From NCBI GenBank assembly GCA_964016885.1, contig OZ024740.1, forward strand, positions 238,762,001 to 238,826,000: a stretch of 64,000 nt of DNA. Reading direction: 5' to 3'. Position numbers and translations under genes: made by a program. Origin of the DNA: Eledone cirrhosa. Its lineage: Eukaryota. The notes beneath the pieces are model-generated. The model was not told the origin of the DNA, ran no database searches, and saw nothing but the letters and a program-made list of their open reading frames with translations. Shown piece after piece: positions 53,770-64,000 of the stretch. Within the stretch, counting starts at the first letter, position 1, and every line of letters starts with the position of its first letter.

Positions 53770-56308
53770 TTACACATAGAATAAGGCTGAGATTCCAGCA
53801 TCGATCTCTGCCAACCTTTAAAACTGCAAAGATACTGCAAAGATACTCAATGCAGTAGAAATATATAAAAGGCAATGGATGACAAATAAAACAAAACAAA
53901 AAAATGTTTACCCACTATATTTCAACAGCTTTTTGAAACTTATCAATCTTTTATTACATATCTCACAATGAATTTGTATTAACTATACTATGGTATTTAA
54001 TAACAGTTATAATATTCTAAACTTTGACAAAAATGTTGTATTTCATAGCTATATTTTAATATATATTTTGATATTTAAAATGGAACAGGGTTTCCTGGGT
54101 TATAAAGCCTTGGGCTGCAAGCCACTTCACCCGTATATAAATCTGGTATTCAATAGCATGATGGTATTTTTAGATACAGCTGCTCCTAAGATTGAAGTCT
54201 TTCCAAGGTTTACATTTCTGTATTGTTATTACTACTTCATATTTGTGTTGTAGTCATAGAAATATGAAAGTTTCCTTTGAACATAACATAGTGTTAATAG
54301 GAGCAAATGGAAGACATTTAGGGAATTGCTATTTTTATATTTAGATTCTGTAGGTAGAATTATGAATATGTCAGAAATATGGTATCATGTAAAGAAGACT
54401 GGACTAAGTTATTTTTATTACAGAGAAGAAAACTTTGGGTAATTAAGAATAAATGTATTGAAATAGTTGTTAGGCATGAGATACTACATTTATGATTTCA
54501 TATGGGGAAGAAACTTGGTGATGCCTGTAGTAAGGTAGTTGTAGCCTAAGTGTAGTGATGATGATGGCTAATATAGTCATAATATGAGGCACTGTTGCCC
54601 ATAACACAAAGGAGAGGAAGATAGCCAAATACTGGGTCTTGACAACCACACCATAGATACACACCTGCAGACATTTACACACCTACACACACTCACACAC
54701 ACACACACATATACACACACATATGGACATCAAAAGGAATGTCTACACACAGGAGAGAACATAATGAACAATTCGACCTGCTAGAAACTGTAGCCATTCA
54801 TCTTCAAGTCATGAACACAGATAATACAATGAACACCTTCACAGAGAAGAACATCACATAATGACCAAGTTGACGTGTTAGAAATAATTGTTTCTACTTA
54901 TCGCACAAGGCCTGCAATTACCCAGTACTTTACTGGTACTTTATTTTATTGACCCCGTAAGGATGAAAGGCAAAGTTAACCTCGGCAAATAATAACCAGC
55001 ATGTGCGTGTGTCCTTATCTGTATTTATGTCCTGTAACTTATGGTTCAACAAAAACAACAGACCAGTAAAATAAGTACCAACCTTGAAAAAATAAATACT
55101 GGAGTAAAAATTAACTACATCTCTTTAACATTGTGACCCAACATAGCTGCAGTCTGATAATTGAAACCAGTAAAAAAATAAATGAATAATCTTTAGTTGC
55201 ATTTTTTATTGAATCGGGGTTTCACTGAAATATACTAATATATGAAAAAATAAGGTCAAAATTTCTCAAAAGTTTATTTTAAAAAAAAATATTTTATACA
55301 AAATATTTATTCTAAATTTTAACTTTCTTATCAAATTACGTATTTTACATACTTTTTCAAAAGTAATTTGAAATATGTGAGTATCAATTTTTGATTTATG
55401 CTAAGAATTGTAAATATAGAAAGACATCTCTAACACAACTGATATAGGTTAAATTACCCATATTGGGAATTATAGATTTTTAGTAGTAAATATTTCATAT
55501 ATTTCATATATTTATTGTTTTACACAGCCGATGTGTACTTAAGAAAATACTATATATTTTCAACTGTTCAACAGACTGGCAGAGGTATACAGTCATCATG
55601 AAGAGTAATGATCCAGAAACATGTTGATTGTTCCTCATAGCCAGTGTTGAACAAACAGATGACGATCGGTCATGGGTACGACACAGCTTCAAATTGGGCA
55701 GTTTGTTTACAAATGAATTGAACATTATTATTAATGTGCGATATAACCCATATGTACATATGTTTATGTATATATGTGTGTGTATGTATATATATATGTG
55801 TGTGTGTGTGTGTGTATTTATGTGTGTGTACGTGTGCATACATACATTTGTTGTTTTACCTATTTCTATATAACTAAAGCTTCAAATGCTAAGCTTCAAA
55901 GTCAAAGAGGATCTTTCATGGTAAACAACTTCCTCAACATAGCTAAGACTGTATCTAAGACTGTATCAAAGACTGGACCTTCTTTTTAGAACCAGAAAAT
56001 ACTTCACCTCTCCCTGTTCCCTAGTAATTAATTGTTTCTCCTTTTGGCACAAGGCCAGCAATTATCCAGAGCATTACTGGTACTTTATTTTATTGACCCC
56101 GTATGGATGAAAAGCAAAGTTAACCTCGGCGGGATTTGAACTCAGAATGGCAAGGGCCGTAACTCTATGCATCAAAGCATGGCGTCCAACCCTCTACCGA
56201 TACTGCCAAAGTAATTAATGGCCCTCTATAAGGCTCAGGTAAGATCCACAATATATTACTGCCCCTACATCTGTGATGTTGCTGCTATTGCTCACAGTGG
56301 CATCTTAA

Positions 56309-56516
56309 CCCTTTAGCATTTACAATACTCTATATATACTATTGTATTTTCACAGTAAAGGCTTTACCTCACATAATATCGAATCTATGAGATGTTGATA
56401 TTATTTATTTTGAGAACAATACCTTAACACAAGTATGAGTGACCGGTTGCAGCTGGTTTGAACAGAAAGGAGTGAGAGAATTCTGGCTGGATACGGCCGT
56501 TTTAAATTCTAAAGAG
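56309..56516. mobile_element. piggyBac-type MITE (TTAA TSD)
   Basis: TTAA-CCCTTTAGCATTTA ... TAAATTCTAAAGAG-TTAA. Confidence 0.78.
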
Positions 56517-58235
56517 TTAAACAGCATTCAGAGAAAAGCCATTCAGCTAATCAGTATAAAGTCCCTCACTGTCACCACCCCCACATACTGTCTCCTCTCT
56601 CTGCCTCTTATTTCATTACTACATTGGTCTCTGTTTCCTGGAGATTTCTGGTGCAATGCCACCTCTTTGCAGTTACTCCTGACTCACTTGTCTTATCATT
56701 CTTGTTGTGTCCAACCCACCAGGTCCCATACTATCCCCTACCCAGAACGTTGGCATTATGGAACTCCTTCCCTACTCATGTTATTTCAAAAGGAATAGAT
56801 TTGCTATAGTTCAAGCAAAATATTAACAGCATCGACCCCTTTGGTCTTTGAGGGCCTGTGAAGATCAGGAACACTGCTCATTCCTCCAGACCTACCAAAT
56901 AAAAAGAATTTCTGGCTCAGATGGTAATGATTAGCATATAATTTGTTAGTATGCCTTCTCAAAATTAGTCACCTTCTTCACTGCTTACTTAGCAAATAAT
57001 GAAATTTGCTTTGGCATGATGTTCTAGCAGTATCATGATTTGATCTCATGCCTTTAAAGTTAACAGTGTAGCAAGTTAAACCTATAACAACTGAACATTT
57101 TTTTTAAAATCAAAGCATATATATTAATTGTTGATGTTTTAAAATGTACTTGAAAAGCAAATAACTTCACAACTGATTTAATCCATAGTTGTAACTATAA
57201 CTTTCTTGTAATACTGATATAAAGAAACTGACCAACTTTCCTATTGAATAATAAAACAGGTTTTAGCTTCTCTCTGCCAGGAAAAGGACATCCTGGTACA
57301 TGTTTTCGGTTATTCAGTAGTGAGCTGCCAGCTATTTTATATAGATTTTCTTTGTCTTGCTAGAAAAACAGGTTATTCATGTTTTATTGATTGCTAATAT
57401 TCAACTATTTATTAGCCAGTTTTATTGCATCCACTTTGCTTCTATAAACTAGTTACCGTTATTATTAAAGATGCTGGAATGGGCCAAGACATTGGAAGTG
57501 GGGTATGTTGTGGGATTAGAAACGTCATATTTTTGAAAGATTACTGCCTTATTTTTCTGGGTTCAATTCTTGGTAGAGTCAGCTTCCCTTTCCAGTCCTT
57601 TGCAGTTGTCAAAATAAGAAGCACCAATATATAGATACTAGAGTGTGACCTGTCATATGATAGGTCATTTTGAGAGTATATTTATGCCAATATGGATAGC
57701 ATCAGGTAATGTTACATTGGCAATATAATTTAAATTTTATGGTGCTTAACAAAGTAATAAAATGAATATGAATTGTGAAAACAAAAAAATAGTGGAAAGT
57801 GATATAATGCTAAACAATGCAAGATGGATGGTAAGATGAAAGTAACAATAATTTAGTTACCTGGTAATCTTTGTTTTGTTTTTGTTGTCCTGATATTTTA
57901 GGACTTCTTCACAGAGTAAGGAACACTCAGAGAAAAATGTTCTGGTGTCTTCTCTTTGTAATTAAATTTAGATTTAAATTTTATAAACTGCTTTCAAGAG
58001 TTGTTTGATGGCTGCTTTGTTATTCACGAGAAGCTCAAGGATGACATCAATCACTGAAAATAATTGTCATAAACTTAAAATAAAATTGAAAAACAAATTT
58101 CTTATTTATATATTTACAATAGATATACATTATCAATAAAAATAATATTGTAATATTCTGATAATGAAGTGAGGGCAGAAATTTTACGAACAATAAAAAA
58201 AAAATGTCCAATTGAGCTATTATTTTCACTATATA

Positions 58236-58746
58236 CCGTATTTCCTGTCATTGAAGGCACTTCATCCTTGAGGATGCACCCCAATTTAAAAAAATTGAAA
58301 AAAAATAATAAGCATAAAAATAAGTCTTGTTATTAATATTTGCTGGTAAATCACTTTAACATACTGCAGTTTTACTTCATTTGTCACTTAATGTTTCCTT
58401 TTTGAAGAGAGTGATAATACTGGCAATATTGATACACAATTTGTAAAAATATCACTTGTCAGTTGCCTTGTCTAATATAATTAGCCTGTACAGGAATTAA
58501 TTTTTGTAATTGTGTATATATCTTTTAATTTTTTATGATACATTTGTTTATTCACTACTTTAACTAAGAATAATTTATACACTTCATTGAGAGGTCATAT
58601 ACAGGAGTTCAGATTACTGTTTAGCATAGATAATTTTCTTTATCATATGCCTATAAGAAATGCAACCTTCAGCCTCCAAGACATATGGTAAATTTTCTAG
58701 ACTTATTTTAGGGAAAAAAGTGCGTCTCTGGTGCTGGGAAATACGA
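58236..58746. mobile_element. pogo/Tigger-type MITE
   Basis: TA-CCGTATTTCC ... GGAAATACGA-TA imperfect TIRs. Confidence 0.55.
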
Positions 58747-59212
58747 TAATTTAAATACTTATATAAATAAAAATAAATAAATAAATGAAAATAAACATAA
58801 TATTATAATTCACTACTGCTACATTTGGCTAGAATGATTAATAAAATCACTTATTCCTAAATGCAACAAATATTGTATTTTAAAAAATGACTATTTGAGA
58901 AATAAGAAAAAAAGATGATTGAAAAATGGAATATATATTTTCATATATGCAAACTCCATTCATCAAATAGAAAAAAAATGGTTGAAAAGGTAAAAACATT
59001 CCTTCATACAAACACTGTAAGCATTTGCTCTTCATTTGTAAGTTTATCATCGTCAAATACTTGAATATCAATGAAGATATATGTGTGAGAGACAAGTTGT
59101 ATTATATGACTTATGCCAACTGATGATGATGATGATGATGATGATGACAATGATCGTGACAATTATGGTGATGACAATGATGGTGACAATGACAAATATG
59201 ATAATGGTGATG

Positions 59213-59810
59213 ATAATTGTTTCTACTTTTGGCACAAGGCCAGCAATTAACCAGTACATTACTGGTACTTTATTTTATCAACCCTGTAAGGATGAAAGGC
59301 AAAGTTAACCTCGGCGGGATTTGAACTCAGTCCATAAAGGGATGTAACTGTGCCGCGAAGCATGGCGACCGACCCTCTACCAATACTGCCAATCCACCAC
59401 CCTTGATGATAATAATTGTTTCTACTTTTGGCACAAGGCCAGCAATTACCCAGTGCATTACTGGTACTTTATTTTATCGACCCCGAAGGATGAAAGGCAA
59501 AGTTAACCTCGGCGGGATTTGAACTCAGATCATACAGGGAGGTAACTCTATGCTTCAAAGCATGGCGTCCGACTCTTGATGATAATAATAATGGTTTCTT
59601 ATATAGGCACAAGGCCAGCAATTTTGGAGGAGGGGGAAGTCGATTAAATCTACCCCAGTGTGTGACTGGTACTTTATTTTATCGACCCCGTAAGGATGAA
59701 AGGCAAAGTTAACCTCGGCGGGATTTGAACTCAGTCCATAAAGGGACGTAACTGTGCCGCGAAGCATGGCATCCGACCCTCTACTGATGCTGCCAACCCA
59801 CCACCCTTGA
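59213..59810 (-). mobile_element. Three tandem SINE family A copies
   Basis: Consecutive copies separated by TTGATGATAATAAT. Confidence 0.88.
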
Positions 59811-59976
59811 TGATAATAATAATGATAGCAACAATGATGCCGATGAGGGTAATGATGGTGATTAGAGTAATTATTAATATAATCAAAATTTAAAAGCTAT
59901 TTTATTGTTTGCTATTTTTATCATAGCTACATTGAATCTGAATGTTTATATTTATTTTCTCTTTTCCGTACATTAG

Positions 59977-60177
<201 letters not shown>

Positions 60178-60432
60178 TAAATAATATATAACACACCTTT
60201 AAGGGTTTCATTTAAAAAAATATATTTTTATTTTATCATTAGTTTTTATCCTTTAACATAAAATCAACAAAAATATATATATAAATCAACAAATATATAT
60301 ATATATATGAATGTATGTATAGTATATTCGATAATATACTGTGTGTTTAATTAAAAACATTTTGAAGACCATTCGCTATGAATTTTAAAGTAGTGACTAT
60401 GTCACTTACTTATTCTTGGCAAAAACAAAGGG

Positions 60433-60483
60433 GAGTAATCGACAGTCCTGTTTCTCGCTCATTAGTGGTTATCAAGACTACTC
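60433..60483 (-). ncRNA. Hammerhead motif with U3-A8 core variant, inside a repeat element at 60305-60772
   Basis: Minus strand: GAGTAGTC-TTGATAA-ccactaatgagcga-GAAA-CAG ga CTG-TC-GATTACTC; stem II imperfect. Confidence 0.65.
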
Positions 60484-60817
60484 ACCCCTTCGCTTCAGCC
60501 AAGAATTATGGAAGCTGGATTAAACAGAGCGGTTGCCAGTCCAGCAAAAATTAGGTATTAGTATTGGTGCTCTGAAATTGTGATGTATATATGAATGTAT
60601 GTATAGTATATTTGATAATATACTGTGTTTGATTAAAAACATTTTGAAGACCATTCGTTATGAGTTTTAAGGTAGTGATTATGTCACTTACTTATTTTCA
60701 GCAGTCACTACTTTAAAATTCACAGCAAATGGTCTTCAAAATGTTTTTAATTAAACATACAGTATATTATCAACCACTTTACAGGGTGTACTTTATCTTT
60801 TATTTTGTTTTTTATAG

Positions 60818-60985
<168 letters not shown>

Positions 60986-62065
60986 TGAAAACTTTCAAAT
61001 TTGTATGTTTGCCTGTCTTTTTTAGTTTATCTAGCTAAAATAGCCTTATAGTGAGTAATGTAAAGCTGAGCATGATAGGATGAACGACATTTGGAATATT
61101 ACATACTGAGATTCAGAGATATTGATATGGATAGAAAAAAATAATGACTGAACTGACATGGATTGGGATGAAAATACATGAAACATACTACTTGAAATAA
61201 TCAATTCTAATTTAAACACAAGGCCAGCAATTTGTGGGGAGAGAAAAATCGATTATATCAACCTCAGTACTTTAATGGTACTTTATTTTATCAACTTTGG
61301 AAGGACGAAAAGCAAAGTTGACCATGGCAAGATTTGAACTCAGAATGTAAAGACAGAATAAATATTGCTAAGCATTCGTACAACACTCTAATGCAGTGGT
61401 TCTTCACCTTTTTCTATGATGGCAACCCTTGAGATCTTGAAATTCCATCCTTCACTGCTAAGCCTAGTACATAAGACAAAAGAACTTCAATTTTTAGGTG
61501 AAATTATCAGTTACTTAGCTACTACTATTTAATTAATTAACTACTATGTTGAAACAAATGGAAAGCTATGAAACATTGAATGGTGAGAATTAAAACAAAA
61601 ATAATGAATGTCATTTTTAAAAACTTTGTATGGGCGGTAGATTGACAGTATCGGTAGAGCGTCAGACACCATGCTTTTTAGCATAGAGTTATGACCCTAA
61701 GTTCAAATCCTGCCAAGCTTAGCTTTGCCTTTCATCCTTACAGGATCGATAAAATAAAGCACCAGTAATGCACTGGGGTTGATTTAATCAACTTTCTTCC
61801 CCCCCAACATTGCTGGCCTTGTGCCTATAGTAGAAATCATTATTAAAAACTTTGTATTCAATTTGGGTTTAGAATTTTGATTTAACTTTCAATTCTCCCA
61901 ATTTATTTTGTTTATTCAAGGAGTGGGGTTTGGGCTTAAAACCTTTATTATTAATCCCAGAGCAGAGACTGAGTTATTGTGACAAGGAAGGATTTCCTGG
62001 GGGTGTATTGAACCTGTGCCAGCATAGAAACACTGACAAGAAATCATTGATGATGGTGGTGGTGG

Positions 62066-62110
<45 letters not shown>

Positions 62111-62162
62111 CGATGATGATGACGATGATGATGATGATGATGACGATGATGCTGATGATGAC

Positions 62163-62201
<39 letters not shown>

Positions 62202-62385
62202 AATGATGATGATTCTCAGACACCTGAACTGATGAAGAAGCCAATAACAGTAGTAATGATAACAACATCTGATGACATCTAATTCAACTGATAAAAGAAC
62301 TAAGAAACGATTTCTATCTCCTGTTTTTTTTTCTATCTCACTATAAGTTTGATTAACAAGAAAAGCTGATTTTTTTCATTTTCAG

Positions 62386-62516
62386 TCAGCAGGTATTGGA
62401 GGTGCAGCCCATTTGATCAATTTTGAAGGGACTGATACGATAGCAGCTTTAACAATAGCCAAGAATTTTTATAATTGTGATATTGCAGGATACTCTATTC
62501 CTGCTGCAGAGCATAG
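62386..62516 (+). CDS. NAMPT: NAMPT coding exon 5 (SAGIGGAAHLINFEGTDT...GYSIPAAEH-S, phase 2 end); the gene continues beyond the window
   Basis: TTTCAG acceptor and GTAAGA donor; GTDT (the nicotinamide-specificity Asp) and PAAEHS (the phospho-His motif). Confidence 0.97.
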
Positions 62517-62714
62517 GTAAGAAGTACTTAACAGTAATTTGTTGTTTTAACTAGAAATACAAATCCTGAAGAAGGTAGTATTACAAGATTACACATTCAA
62601 AGTTATTTAACCACTTCATACAAATAGAAAATCATTAAAATGTGACAATAGGTGGCTGGTATGAAGGCATGCAGTCTAATGATTACAGTGTTGAGCTCCC
62701 AATTATAAGGTTCA

Positions 62715-63056
62715 TCATTCATCATCATTTCATTTTACGTCCGCTTTTTCCCTGCTTGCAAGGGTGGGACGGGAACTGATTCTGGCTTGATTTCTACAGC
62801 TGGATGCCCTTCCTAACACCAACCTCATTTACAGTGAGTGCTGGGTGCTTTTTTGCCATGGCGCCTCCACGACCACTTTGCAGTGGAATGATATGGACCC
62901 CAGTCCCTATCATCTCATTTCTACAGCTGAGTAAACTGGAGCAATGTGAAATAAAGTGTCTTGCTCAAGGAAACAACACATCACCCGGTCTGAGAATTGA
63001 ACTCACAACCTTTCGATTGCAAGGCCAATGCTCTAATCACTAAGCCATGGGCCTCC
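62715..63056 (-). mobile_element. SINE family B copy
   Basis: Reverse complement of 36742-37088. Confidence 0.85.
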
Positions 63057-64000
63057 ATCAAGGTTGTGGGTTCAATTCCCAGACTGAGAGGCACAATCCA
63101 CTGTCAATACTGTCAAATGACTTATACACACATACACCTCACAATCACCTTCTTCTTCTTCTTCTTCTTCTTCTTCTTCTTCTTCTTTGCCCACTTATTC
63201 ATGAGAGAATCGTGGGGGCAGAGCCCTCAAATACTCCTTCCAGTGGGTCCTGTCAGAAGCAACCATCTCCAACAGATCTAGCTAGATCCCCAAACGAGAT
63301 CAGCTGAGTTCATAGATGTTTCCAACCATTTTGCTTAGAGTCTACCCCTGTGGCTCCTGCCAGTTGGTTTTGCCCGTAAAATCTTTTCAGTGATTCTTTG
63401 CTGAAACACTCTAACCACATGCCCGTAACAGTAGAGCTGTGATCCCTCAATTTGGAGAAGTAGCAGTTGTACCTGATACAGTCACACTCCACTCAAATAA
63501 CACAAACTTCACACAGAAAATATTCTACACAATCAGGATGATGATGATGATGATATTCTTCATAATCCCCTTCCGGTATCAGATTTAGAACAAATGAGGC
63601 CCTGTGCTAGTTAAGTTATGAGGCCCCTTACTTGGGGCCTGTGCTTAAGCACACCTAAGCACAATGGTAAATCCGGCATTATCCCCTTCCACTATATAGC
63701 TCACTCAGTACATACTCCACATAATCATCTCTTAGGTCCTAATAGACACACCCAACTCTCTCCTCTCATACCCCACACTGTGCCTCTTCAGTCCCCACAC
63801 TAACCTTATTTCTTAAACATTCTTCCCCAGAGCACTAGGCTCCTATTGGCCAGAGGGGTGGCCCATCTTCCTGCCAAAAACATTTTCACAATGAATTTTT
63901 CAAATGTTTGGGACCTCATAACTTAACTAGCATAGGGTCTCATTTGTCCTAAATCTGGCACTGGTTTCAGCTGAAGATAATCCATATTGTTCTCACCAAT

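Noticed and set aside
55590-55630. Hammerhead-like GAAACATGTT motif
   Set aside because: The CTGANGA core is broken and stem II is absent.

Overview
AT-rich, microsatellite-laden animal DNA; the repeat complement suggests an octopus or other cephalopod (inference). The one clear host gene is NAMPT (nicotinamide phosphoribosyltransferase) on the + strand. Five coding exons (12343-12402, 45046-45276, 59977-60105, 60818-60976, 62386-62516) are split by 32.6 kb, 14.7 kb, 0.7 kb and 1.4 kb introns, and the gene runs past the window end. The rest is mostly TEs: two tRNA-SINE families, RTE and CRE-like LINE fragments, two non-autonomous Helitrons, TTAA/TA MITEs, and minisatellites. The main signal outside the ORF track is at least six apparently unrelated non-coding element families in the NAMPT introns. 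They are built as long palindromes or direct repeats, usually in (TA)n/(CA)n tracts, and each carries a minimal type I hammerhead ribozyme motif (Penelope-like pseudo-LTR or retrozyme architecture), including a U3-A8 core variant. One of them adjoins a roughly 3 kb cassette holding an intron-containing SGNH-hydrolase gene and a convergent unknown exon. All folds and alignments were done by eye; no searches were run.
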